A stretch of 64,000 nt of DNA from an uncultured delta proteobacterium (lineage in GTDB: Bacteria > Myxococcota_A > Polyangia > Fen-1088): the NCBI GenBank assembly GCA_963767925.1, contig CAVYGB010000008.1, positions 2,496,001 through 2,560,000 on the forward strand, written 5' to 3'. Shown here in pieces: positions 9,903 to 18,910 of this stretch (position 1 is the first letter of the stretch; the number at the start of each line of letters is the position of its first letter). Position numbers and translations under genes: made by a program. The notes under the pieces were generated by a model. That model was given only the letters and a program-made list of their open reading frames with translations, did no database searches and was not told where the DNA came from.

Positions 9903-11216
9903 TCAGGCCAGGAACTGGGGCAGCGGGCCTTCGGGCCCTTCCAGGTTGCCGACCTTCGTGATGCTCTCGAGGCCCATGGCATGACAGAGCGACACGAGAA
10001 AGTTGCTGTGGGTTAGAGGCGATTCCGGCCCCACGTCCACCAGCCGCCCGGTGCGCACCAGGCCGCCCATGCTCCCCGCGGTGATGGTGGGAACGGGGCC
10101 CGCCTTGTGGTCCCAGCCGGTGTGCAGCTCGTTGCAGTAGACAACCAGGGTGTTGTCCAGCAACGTGCCGTCGCCCTCGGGGACCTTCTTGAGCTCGCCC
10201 AGCAGGTAGGCGAGCTGCTGGTTGTACCAGCGGGTGATGTCGCCGAGGATCGAGCGCTCGTTCGCGTCGTGCGAGAGGGTGTGGTGCCCCTCGTTGCTGC
10301 CGAGCCAGGTGTGGCGGACCATGCTGAAGGAGCGCGACCACTGCAGGCTCGCCACCCGCGTGCGATCGCAGGCGAAGGCCGACACGAGCAGGTCCGACTG
10401 CAGCTTGCACAGCGCCGGGAAGTTCTCGTTGGCGTTGATGTCGATCAGGCCGTCGGGGTTGTGGATCATGCAGCTCGAGGGCGAGCGCGACTCGAGTCGG
10501 CGCTCGATCGAGCGGACGGCCTCGAGGTGGGAGTCGACCTTGAGCCGATCGGAGCTACCGACCTTCCCGGTCAAGGCGGACAGCTCGCGCCGGACCACGT
10601 CGATGACGCTGCGGCGCTCGCTGCGGATCCGCTCGAAGCCGGCCTCGTCGCCCACCGGGAGGCCCCCGAACAGGCGATCGAAGAGCTTGTAGGGGTTGCC
10701 CTCGGAGGGGATGGGCTGGTTCGAGCCGGCGTAGCTCATGTGCTGCATGGTCCCGCCCTTGGCCCCCGGACCGAAGGGCTGCACACCCACCTCCAGCGAG
10801 GCGAAGTCGGCGCTCTTGGGCAGGCCGCGCGCGATCATCTGATCGACCGAAGGTCCGCTGGGCCAGCCGCCGCCGCCGAACTGGCTGCCCGGGTTGAGCC
10901 GACTGCCCGTCCAGAGCGCGCCCATGGCCCGCTCGTGCGCGCCGCCGAGCTTGTGGACCTTGCGGCGCAGGTTGCGGAAGACGACCAGGTCCTTCTTGAA
11001 GGGGGCCAGGGGCTCGAGGTCGCTGCCCGCCGGGATCTCGACGCCCTTGTTCGAGCCGGTCGGCCAGAAGCGCTCGGGGACCATCCCGTTCGAGCTGAAC
11101 ACCAGGAGGAGGCGGCGGGGCCGGGTGGCCGGAGACGCCCAGCCGTTCAGAGCCGGCACCAGCGGGGTGACGCCTGCCGCGATGCCGAGCGACCTCAGAA
11201 GCTGCCTACGGTTCAT
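9903..11216 (-). CDS. DUF1552 domain protein with Tat signal
   Basis: MNRRQLLRSLG; SNGMV, GPSVDQMIA, NPYKLFDRLF, RSVID, FACDRTRVASLQ, HHTLSH, EGDGTLLDNT. Confidence 0.9.
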   Translation of the reverse strand: MNRRQLLRSLGIAAGVTPLVPALNGWASPATRPRRLLLVFSSNGMVPERFWPTGSNKGVEIPAGSDLEPLAPFKKDLVVFRNLRRKVHKLGGAHERAMGALWTGSRLNPGSQFGGGGWPSGPSVDQMIARGLPKSADFASLEVGVQPFGPGAKGGTMQHMSYAGSNQPIPSEGNPYKLFDRLFGGLPVGDEAGFERIRSERRSVIDVVRRELSALTGKVGSSDRLKVDSHLEAVRSIERRLESRSPSSCMIHNPDGLIDINANENFPALCKLQSDLLVSAFACDRTRVASLQWSRSFSMVRHTWLGSNEGHHTLSHDANERSILGDITRWYNQQLAYLLGELKKVPEGDGTLLDNTLVVYCNELHTGWDHKAGPVPTITAGSMGGLVRTGRLVDVGPESPLTHSNFLVSLCHAMGLESITKVGNLEGPEGPLPQFLA

Positions 11217-12930
11217 TTCCCTGTCCCTCTCCTTGTGGCTCTGGCTGGAGCCGAGGTTGTTGGTAGCGGAACGAATCGGTCTCGGGGATGGCGGCGACGA
11301 GCGCCGGCACCCGGTAGCTGGCGGCCTGAAAGGCCTGGCGCACGCGCGCCAGCGAGCCGGCGTCGGCCTGGCCATCGTCGCGGCCCAGGGCATAACGGAA
11401 CCACTGCAGCGCCAGGCAGTCCCGCACCTCCTGGGAGCTGGACAGCCGCCGGGCCAGGTCGACCGCGTCCTTGACCGGACCGTCGCTCTGCTTGGTTCCA
11501 GTGAGGTCGCTCGCCGGATCGACCGCGGTGGGCCCGTCCATGGTGCGGTGGGCCCCGATGGCGTCGTAGTTCTCGAAGGGGATGCCCAGCGGGTCGATGA
11601 GCCGGTGGCACTTCGCGCAGCTCACCTCCGCGCGGTGGTCCTCGAAGCGCTCGCGCGCCGAGACCTTCGGATCGAAGCGGGGCAAGGTGTTGTTGACGTC
11701 GGGGGGCGGTGGCGGCAGCACCGTGCAGAGCAGCTTTTCCCGGATCAACTTTCCCCGCAACACCAGCGAGGGCTGATCCCAGTGGGCGTGTTTGGTCATC
11801 ACGCTCGCCTGGGTGAGCAGGCCGGCCCGGGGGAGGCTGGTCAACTCGACCCGCGACCAACCGTCGTTTTTGCCCTGGTTGCCCGGTTTGGCGGGCTGGT
11901 CGGCCTTGCCCGACCCGCTGGCCGCCGGGAGGGTGGCCACCTTCGGCAGCCCGTACAGCTCGCGCAGCCGACTGTCGACGAAGGTGAAGCGCGCCGTGAG
12001 GAGGGTGTCCAGCCGCCCGTCACCCTGGCGCAGGACGTGGTCGGCGAAGCGCACCGTCTCCTCGCGCATCGAGGCCCGCATGTCGGGCGTGAACAGCGGG
12101 TAGATCCGGTTGCGCTTCTCGACCCCGTCGAGCTCGGTGAGGTCGAGCCACTGCAGGTGAAAGCTCGCGATGGTCTCTCCGAAGCGGCGGTCGGCCATCA
12201 TCCGCGCCGTCTGGGCGGCGACCTGCTCGCGCGTCCGGAGCTGGTTGGCCTCGGCGGCCGCCAGCAGCACCTCGTCGGGGGTGCTGTTCCAGAGGTAATA
12301 CGACAGCCGGGAGGCGAGGGCGAACGGCGGAATGGAGACCGGCTTGTCCCCCTGACCGGGCGGCTGCGGCTCCACCATATAGAGGAAGTGGGGGCTCTGC
12401 AGGAGGGCCTCGAGGACGAGCCGCAGCCCGCCCTGGAACCCCGAGGTCTGCCGGCCGGCGGTGAACAGGGCCTGCAGGCTCTCGTTCTCATCGGGGGTCA
12501 GCGGGCGGCGGTAGGCCCGGCGGCCGAAGCGCTCGATGAAGCGGCTCGCGCAGGCCGGCTCGTCCTTGACCGGGGTCTGGCCGGCGCAGGGGAGCAGGCT
12601 GCCCAGGCGCTGGGCGACGGTCCGCGCCACCACCTCGGCGGCCCGCCCGTACTTCTCGAGGTGCAGCTCGGAGACCGGGGCGATTGTGTTGCCGAAGAAG
12701 CCGGCGGTCCCCTCGTCCACCGGGAGATCGGTGCCGAGGTCCCGCACGCCGAACAGCTCGCGCACCGTGTTGCGGTACTGCTCCTCGGTCAACCGCCGGA
12801 GCGGGGCGGGTCCCGCCACCGTCGGGGCCGTCTCCAGGCCGGGTTTCCCGGTCGAGGGGGACCGAGCCGCGCAGCCCGTGACGGTCACCGCGAGGCAAAG
12901 GTAAAGTGCGTGTAAAATAGCTGAACGCAT
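11206..12930 (-). CDS. DUF1592/DUF1588 (PSD-domain) lipoprotein with heme c motif
   Basis: Lipobox VTVTGC; LRRLTEEQYRNTVRELF, FGRRAYRRPL, LLQSPHFLY, LASRLSYYLWNSTPD, RAGLLTQAS, CAKCH, FENYDAIG. Confidence 0.92.
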   Translation of the reverse strand: MRSAILHALYLCLAVTVTGCAARSPSTGKPGLETAPTVAGPAPLRRLTEEQYRNTVRELFGVRDLGTDLPVDEGTAGFFGNTIAPVSELHLEKYGRAAEVVARTVAQRLGSLLPCAGQTPVKDEPACASRFIERFGRRAYRRPLTPDENESLQALFTAGRQTSGFQGGLRLVLEALLQSPHFLYMVEPQPPGQGDKPVSIPPFALASRLSYYLWNSTPDEVLLAAAEANQLRTREQVAAQTARMMADRRFGETIASFHLQWLDLTELDGVEKRNRIYPLFTPDMRASMREETVRFADHVLRQGDGRLDTLLTARFTFVDSRLRELYGLPKVATLPAASGSGKADQPAKPGNQGKNDGWSRVELTSLPRAGLLTQASVMTKHAHWDQPSLVLRGKLIREKLLCTVLPPPPPDVNNTLPRFDPKVSARERFEDHRAEVSCAKCHRLIDPLGIPFENYDAIGAHRTMDGPTAVDPASDLTGTKQSDGPVKDAVDLARRLSSSQEVRDCLALQWFRYALGRDDGQADAGSLARVRQAFQAASYRVPALVAAIPETDSFRYQQPRLQPEPQGEGQGNEP

Positions 12931-13045
12931 GGACTTCTAGCCGGTGTCTCAGTAGTGACTCAGGTGGGCCGCCGGCGCTCGAAAGCGCAGGCGCGCGCGC
13001 ACCGCCCGCCATGGATACCGCCCGGCGCCCTGGAACGCTGAGCCG

Positions 13046-13771
13046 TCAGAGACGGGTCGTTCGCTTCGGGGACGAGCCGCCGCTCTCGGAGGAGCCGCGG
13101 CTGCGAGCCAGGTACTGCGACAGCACCGGGTCCGAGTTCATCAACGAAGTGACCCGCTTGGTGAGGCGCTCGAGCCGCCGCCGGACCGTCGAGATGGAGA
13201 GGCCGATGGCGGCGCTGATCTCCGCCTGCTCCAGCCCCTCGATGTACCGGAGAACATAGATGGTCCGGTCGCGTACACTCAGCCGGTCGATGGTGTCATA
13301 AAGGTGCACGATGGCCTCGCGCGCCTCGGGATCCATCTCCGTGGTCGTCGGGCGGAGGATGCCCTCACCCAGCAGGGGGGCGAACCACCGCCGGACCCGC
13401 CGGCGCTTGATCTCCTCCTGGGCCCGCCGGACCGCGATCGCCATCACGAACGACCGCAGCGACTCGAGCTTCTTCAGCTCCCGGATTTTTCCGAAAAACC
13501 GGAGGAAGACCTCCTGGGTGAGATCCTGCAGGTCTACACCGGGGCCCAGCATACGACGCAGGGTCCTGTGCACCAGGGGGTTAAACCGACGCCAAGCTGT
13601 GAGAGCCGCTTCCTTCTGACCCTCTACCAACGCCTGAGCTAGGAGATAGTCCTCCGTAGCTGGCGCGTCACCGTCCCTGACCCCTGCAACACCCGCCTCG
13701 ACCCCGGAGTCTCCCCCGTTCGCAAGCTGCTCTATCAGCCCGGTCGGTACCGAAATAATCGACACCGGCAA
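13046..13771 (-). CDS. ECF-type sigma-70 factor (start uncertain)
   Basis: Region 2 DLQDLTQEVFLRFF...LRSFVMAIAVR; region 4 LSVRDRTIYVLRYIEGLEQAEISAAIGLSISTVRRRL. Confidence 0.88.
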   Translation of the reverse strand: MPVSIISVPTGLIEQLANGGDSGVEAGVAGVRDGDAPATEDYLLAQALVEGQKEAALTAWRRFNPLVHRTLRRMLGPGVDLQDLTQEVFLRFFGKIRELKKLESLRSFVMAIAVRRAQEEIKRRRVRRWFAPLLGEGILRPTTTEMDPEAREAIVHLYDTIDRLSVRDRTIYVLRYIEGLEQAEISAAIGLSISTVRRRLERLTKRVTSLMNSDPVLSQYLARSRGSSESGGSSPKRTTRL

Positions 13772-13899
13772 CGCACCAGCAAGGTACTACCGGCGTCGGC
13801 CATTAGTCCACTGGTTCGAGCGGGCGCCGTGGTTCCAGGCGTCACTCCTGTAGTGGCCCCGACGGGGGTGCGAAATATCAGGTAAAGCACGAAGAGACG

Positions 13900-13914
13900 C
13901 TAAGTACTACTTAG
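13900..13914. promoter_or_regulatory. Perfect 7-1-7 AT-rich inverted repeat upstream of ECF sigma gene; candidate operator
   Basis: CTAAGTA-C-TACTTAG in the intergenic gap between kinase stop and sigma start. Confidence 0.35.
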
Positions 13915-13929
13915 TGACCAGCCGCATAA

Positions 13930-15018
13930 TCAGGCAACTTCCTCGATTGACGCACCGACTAGTCCGGTCCTGGCGTCAAGAGTAACGTCTTCTGGCCTGG
14001 ATCGTCCGCTTGAAGCACCGCGTCCGGAATAGCTGGTCGTCCGGATCGAGGTCTCGGACCGCTGCCCTACTGGCTGGCCCTGAAATGTTAACGGCGGCGG
14101 CGGCGGCGGCCCCAGCCATGAAGGCGCGCGGCACCGGTCGACCTCGGGCACGGTGCCTGCGGCCTCGGCGAGCGCGCGGGCGAAGTCCGTGACGCGGGCG
14201 AAGCGGGCGCTGGCGCGCTTGGCCAGGGCCCGGTCCAGGACCAGCTCGACGGCGGACGAGCGCCAGGCGAGCGCCGCCGGCAGCCGGGTCGCCTCCGAGA
14301 AGATGATCCGTTGCAGGACCTCGGCGGTGGTCCGTCCAGGAAAGGGCGTCGCGCCGGTGAGCAGGACGTAACCCAGAACGGCCAGGGCGAACTGGTCGGT
14401 GCGAGGGTCGGCCTGGTCCCCCCGGCCCTCGGCCTGCTCGGGGGCCATATAAGAAGGTGTTCCCAGGACCGCCCCGACCGCGGCCGGCTCGACCCCGGCA
14501 ATCCTGGAGACCCCGAAGTCGAGCACCTTCACGAAGTCGGTCAACCCGTCGTAGTCGACGAGCATGACGTTGGCCGGTTTCAGGTCCCGATGCACGATGC
14601 CGAGGGCATGGGCCGCCTCCAGGGCGGAAGCCACCTGGGCGAGGACCCTCACGACACGATCCAGTGAGAGGGGTCCCCGCGCTACGAGGTGCTCCGCCAG
14701 ATCCCGGCCGTTCAGCAACTCCATGACGAGGAAGGGGAGCCCCCCGGTGCCGCCGTGGAAGTCCGAGATCTGGACGATGTGCGGATGACGCAAGACGGAG
14801 GCAATGGCCGCCTCCCGGCAGAAGCGGGCGACGGCCGCCGGGTCCTTGGCCAGATGCGGCGCAAGGACCTTGATCGCCAGCGGCCCGGGCAGCCGAACGT
14901 GGGTCGCCCTGTAGACCTCTCCCATGCCGCCCGCGGCCAGCCGCTCCTGGATGACGTAGGTGTCCCGCAGCAGAGTGCCGGCCGTGAAGGTGGGGCCTAT
15001 GGGAGGGTCGCTCGCCAT
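13930..15018 (-). CDS. Hanks-type Ser/Thr protein kinase, no transmembrane segment
   Basis: GGMGEVY, AIKVL, HRDLKPAN, DFG, GTPSYMAPE. Confidence 0.93.
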   Translation of the reverse strand: MASDPPIGPTFTAGTLLRDTYVIQERLAAGGMGEVYRATHVRLPGPLAIKVLAPHLAKDPAAVARFCREAAIASVLRHPHIVQISDFHGGTGGLPFLVMELLNGRDLAEHLVARGPLSLDRVVRVLAQVASALEAAHALGIVHRDLKPANVMLVDYDGLTDFVKVLDFGVSRIAGVEPAAVGAVLGTPSYMAPEQAEGRGDQADPRTDQFALAVLGYVLLTGATPFPGRTTAEVLQRIIFSEATRLPAALAWRSSAVELVLDRALAKRASARFARVTDFARALAEAAGTVPEVDRCRAPSWLGPPPPPPLTFQGQPVGQRSETSIRTTSYSGRGASSGRSRPEDVTLDARTGLVGASIEEVA

Positions 15019-15279
15019 CCGATGAGATCAACGACCCGGCGGAACGTTCTTCGTAAGAGAAACCTGCAAGGGCCGTGACTGGAGCCACGGCAATGACCAG
15101 GAATCCGTTGTTACCGGGGGCACACGTTCAGGGCCCCGCAAGGCCCGAAGGGTAACTCGTGACCCGGTAGTGGCCGGATTTGCTCAAGGGTTCGTTGGCA
15201 CACCCGTTGCCTATTACCAGGGCCACACCTGTGGATCCGGGCCGGCACTACGGCCCGAGCGGACGGAGGGCACCTTCTC

Positions 15280-15921
15280 ATGCGCGTGGTTCTCATCGAC
15301 GATCAGCAAAGTTTTCGCGAAAGTCTCCAGATCGCCCTGTGGCACGAGGCACAAATCTCCGTGATTGCTCACGGGGACACGGCTCGGCAGCTCTACTCGA
15401 CGATCGAGACGCAGAAGCCGGAGGTCGTGATCCTGGATGTCATCCTCAAGGACACGGACGGCATCTCTGCCGTTCGCGAGCTGCACCGCCGGGGGTGCGC
15501 CCCGCGGACGTTGATCCTGACCAGTCAGATCAACAGTCTCTTCGTGCGGGACGCCTTCCGGGCCGGCGCAGATGGCTATGCCCTCAAGGCCCAGCCGCTG
15601 TCGGAGGTCGTGGGGGCCATCCAGTCGGCCGCCAACGGCGAGCGATACCTCAGCCCACAGCTCCCACCCGTGGTGGACGCGGTGGCGGAGCGGGACGTCG
15701 ATCTGGGCGCCCCGCTGGGGATCGAGAAGCTCTCACCCCGCGAACGCGAGGTGTTCTGCCGGATCATCCAGGGGGACTCGACCCGGGCCATCGCCCGCGC
15801 CCTCTGCATCAGCCTCAAGACGGTCGAGACCCACCGCTTGCACATCAACCGCAAGCTGGGGGTGCATTCGCCGGGTGAGCTGATCCGCTTCGCGGCGCTC
15901 TCCGGTCTCATGACCGCCTAG
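15280..15921 (+). CDS. NarL/LuxR-family response regulator
   Basis: Receiver IDDQ...ILDV...YALK; HTH LSPREREVF...SLKTVETHRLHINRKL. Confidence 0.93.
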   Translation: MRVVLIDDQQSFRESLQIALWHEAQISVIAHGDTARQLYSTIETQKPEVVILDVILKDTDGISAVRELHRRGCAPRTLILTSQINSLFVRDAFRAGADGYALKAQPLSEVVGAIQSAANGERYLSPQLPPVVDAVAERDVDLGAPLGIEKLSPREREVFCRIIQGDSTRAIARALCISLKTVETHRLHINRKLGVHSPGELIRFAALSGLMTA

Positions 15922-16009
15922 TTTCGTCGGGTAGGACCAGGGTTTCCGGGCGACTTCCGGTTGACAACCCCATCCGTACGAACGCAGGTTCGACGGTGAG
16001 GAGTCAACC

Positions 16010-17470
16010 ATGCACCAGCCGCACCGCCCGCTAGCCTTGGTCCTGTCGGCCGCCCTGCTGGGGGGCTGCGCCGTCAACCCTCTGACCGGCGATCGGAATT
16101 TTTCGATCATCCCCGAGTCGCAGGAGATCGCGATGGGGAAAGAGGCGGCGGCGGAGGTCGGTCAGACCATCGGGCTCTATGACGATGCGAAGGCGCAGCA
16201 GTACGTTGCGGCGCTGGGAAAACGTCTGGCCGCCTCCTCGGAGCGTCCCAAGCTTCCCTGGTCCTTCCAGGTCGTGGACGATCCGGTCGTCAACGCTTTC
16301 GCGTTGCCGGGTGGGTTCATCTTCGTTACCCGGGGACTGCTGACCCACATGGGGTCGGAGGCGCAGCTCGCGGCGGTCATGGGCCATGAGATCGGGCACG
16401 TGACCGGCCGCCACTCCGTCCGGATGATGAGCAAGGCCACCCTGGCCCAGCTCGGCCTGGCCGCGGGAATGGTCTTCTCCGAGACCATGCGCAGCGTGGG
16501 CCAGCTCGGGATGGCCGGCCTGCAGCTCCTCTTCCTGAAATACGGCCGCGATGCCGAGCGGGAGGCGGACGAGCTGGGTTACCGCTACAGCCTGGCCAAC
16601 AAGTTCGACGTTCGTTCGATGCCCGAGGTCTTCAACACCCTCAAGCGGGTCGGCGAGGCCAGCGGTCAGAGCCGCCTGCCCAGCTGGATGGCGACCCACC
16701 CCTCGCCCGACGAGCGCATCGCGCGGATCAACGCCTTCATCGCCGAGCGCAACCCGCCCCCCGGCACCGTCGACCGGGAGAAGTTCCTCGCGGTCACCGA
16801 CGGTATGGTGTTCGGTCCCAACCCGCGCCAGGGGTACTTCGAGGGCAACACCTTCAAGCACCCGGAGCTGCGGTTCCAGATCGCCGTCCCCTCGGGCTGG
16901 AAGGCCCAGAACCTGGCCCAGGCGGTCGTCGCCGAGAGCCCCGAGGGCAACGCCGGCTATCAGCTCAGCGCGGGCAAGGAGGTCGCCCCCGCCCAGGCGC
17001 TCGAGCAGTTCACCGCCCAGGAGGGGATCACCGCCGTCGAGCGGGTCGACGCCAAGGTGGCGGGGGCCCCGACGGCGGCCGCCCGCTTCGCCGCCCAGAC
17101 CCAGGGGGGGAAGGTCCAGGGGCTCGTCTCCTTCTTCACCCACCAGGGACGCACCTTCCAGATCCTCGGCATGGGCGCCCCGGAGGCCTACGCCGCGTCG
17201 GAGGCGACCCTGCGCCAGGTGGTCGAGAGCTTCGCCCCCCTCACCGACCCGGCCGCCCTGGCGGTGCGACCGGCCCGCCTCAAGGTGGTGACCGTCGACC
17301 GGGCCAGCACGCTGGCCGAATTCGCCGCCCGCTACCCCTCGGGCCTGTCCCCCGAGCGGATCTCCATCATCAACCAGCTCGAGCCCGGCTCCCGCCTCGA
17401 GCCCGGCCAGAAGATCAAGGTCATCGAGGGCACCGTCCGCGAAGCCAGCAACGCCGTCGCCGCCCGCTAG
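16010..17470 (+). CDS. M48-family metalloprotease lipoprotein (BepA/YfgC-like) with C-terminal LysM-like region
   Basis: LLGGC lipobox; NAFALPGG, HEIGH, EREADELG, ATHP. Confidence 0.92.
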   Translation: MHQPHRPLALVLSAALLGGCAVNPLTGDRNFSIIPESQEIAMGKEAAAEVGQTIGLYDDAKAQQYVAALGKRLAASSERPKLPWSFQVVDDPVVNAFALPGGFIFVTRGLLTHMGSEAQLAAVMGHEIGHVTGRHSVRMMSKATLAQLGLAAGMVFSETMRSVGQLGMAGLQLLFLKYGRDAEREADELGYRYSLANKFDVRSMPEVFNTLKRVGEASGQSRLPSWMATHPSPDERIARINAFIAERNPPPGTVDREKFLAVTDGMVFGPNPRQGYFEGNTFKHPELRFQIAVPSGWKAQNLAQAVVAESPEGNAGYQLSAGKEVAPAQALEQFTAQEGITAVERVDAKVAGAPTAAARFAAQTQGGKVQGLVSFFTHQGRTFQILGMGAPEAYAASEATLRQVVESFAPLTDPAALAVRPARLKVVTVDRASTLAEFAARYPSGLSPERISIINQLEPGSRLEPGQKIKVIEGTVREASNAVAAR

Positions 17471-17473
17471 CGC

Positions 17474-17498
17474 TCCGGGACCCTCTCAGGGTCCCGGA
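17474..17498. terminator. Hairpin between convergent genes; same stem as the 36.3 kb repeat
   Basis: TCCGGGACCCT-ctc-AGGGTCCCGGA, a perfect 11-bp stem. Confidence 0.6.
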
Positions 17499-18863
17499 TC
17501 AATTCGCCGGGCCGCGGTTCTTGAGCTCGGTGGAGATCAGGCGGGCCTGGCGGCCGACGGCTTCGCTGGCGGGCAGGCACTTCACGGTGCCGGTGTCGTT
17601 GTTGAGCTTGCTGACCTTCTCGGAGTCGGTGGAAAAGCCCATCTTCCCGATGCCCCAGATGCCCATCAGGCGGGCCAGGGGCGACTTCGACTCCATGCCC
17701 CGGAAGTAGGGACGGCGGGTCTCGAACCCGGGCAGGACCGAGAGCGGCGCCAGGAAGTCCTCCCGAAGCTGCTTGGAGTCCCAGCAGTTGCCGAGCGGGA
17801 GGGCCTCGAGGGCCGGGAGGATCATCTTCTCCCGGCCGCCCTTGACCACCGCGGCGAAGGCCCGCTTGCGCAGGGCCGGATCGCGGGTGCTGGCCAGAAT
17901 ACCCAGGAGGGCCTTGTTCGTGTCCTCGCCGGCGTCCTTCTCCGCGATCTGGAAGAGGAGCTCGCGCAGATCGGGGGCGGTCGACGGGGTGTCGGCCAGG
18001 CGGACGGCCGAGGTGCCCACCCCGGGCGTCTTGCGGATCTTGAGGAGCGCCTGGGCGGCCCGCTCGGCGTCGGGCATGGTGCCCCGCTCGACCGCCGCCA
18101 CCAGGAAGTCGGCGGCGTCTTTGCCGCCCAGGGTGGCCAGGGCGGGCCAGAGCGGCTCGGGAAACTGGTCCAGCTCCCGGGCGCGCCTGGTCAGCGCCGC
18201 CCCCGCCTCTTCTTTGGCCGGCAACTCGGCCACCTTGTCGATCACCTCCACCGGGGTGGCGAAGGGGACCGCGGGGTCGGCGAGCAGGGGGGTGAGCAGC
18301 GGCAGGGTCGTCGCGCCGATGTTGGTGAGGATGGTCTTGATGAGGTGGCGGCCCGCGCGTTCGCGCCCGGCCCGGACGTCCTTGACCAGGGCGGGCAGCA
18401 GCGCCTGATCGACGAGCTTGCGGGCCTCGCTGGTGGGGGCCTGCTCGCGCAGAGCGTACAGGGCGTCGCGGGCGTCGCCCGAGCGGCCGGCGTCGGGCAG
18501 GTCGAGCCAGGCGGCGAGCCGCGGGACCAGGAAAGGGACCACCGCCGCCCGCTCGGCCACGTCGAAGCCGGCCAGGGCGGCCTCCATGTCCACGCCGTAG
18601 CCGATCTCGACCAGGGCGGCGGCGGCCATGCCCCGACGCTCCGGAGCCAGCGCGCTGTCCTTCACCGCATCGGTGAGCTTGGTGGCCCCCTCGGGCTGCT
18701 TCTTCCAGCTCTCGATACGCTCGGGAGATGGTCCACACGCCACCGCGCTGGCCAGCATCAGCAGAGCTCCCGCCAGCACCGGCAGGCGAGACGCCACGCT
18801 CGGCCGCGCGACAGGAGCCCGACGCCGGCCTGGAAGAACCTTGCAGCTTGGCATCGGGACCAT
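17499..18863 (-). CDS. Hypothetical alpha-helical (HEAT/ARM-like) lipoprotein
   Basis: Signal LAGALLMLASAVAC; Ala/Leu-rich helical repeats; start uncertain. Confidence 0.7.
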   Translation of the reverse strand: MVPMPSCKVLPGRRRAPVARPSVASRLPVLAGALLMLASAVACGPSPERIESWKKQPEGATKLTDAVKDSALAPERRGMAAAALVEIGYGVDMEAALAGFDVAERAAVVPFLVPRLAAWLDLPDAGRSGDARDALYALREQAPTSEARKLVDQALLPALVKDVRAGRERAGRHLIKTILTNIGATTLPLLTPLLADPAVPFATPVEVIDKVAELPAKEEAGAALTRRARELDQFPEPLWPALATLGGKDAADFLVAAVERGTMPDAERAAQALLKIRKTPGVGTSAVRLADTPSTAPDLRELLFQIAEKDAGEDTNKALLGILASTRDPALRKRAFAAVVKGGREKMILPALEALPLGNCWDSKQLREDFLAPLSVLPGFETRRPYFRGMESKSPLARLMGIWGIGKMGFSTDSEKVSKLNNDTGTVKCLPASEAVGRQARLISTELKNRGPAN

Positions 18864-18910
18864 ATTGCGGACGCTTCCGCCATCGTCAAGGCCCACGTCC
18901 GGGCCCCCGG

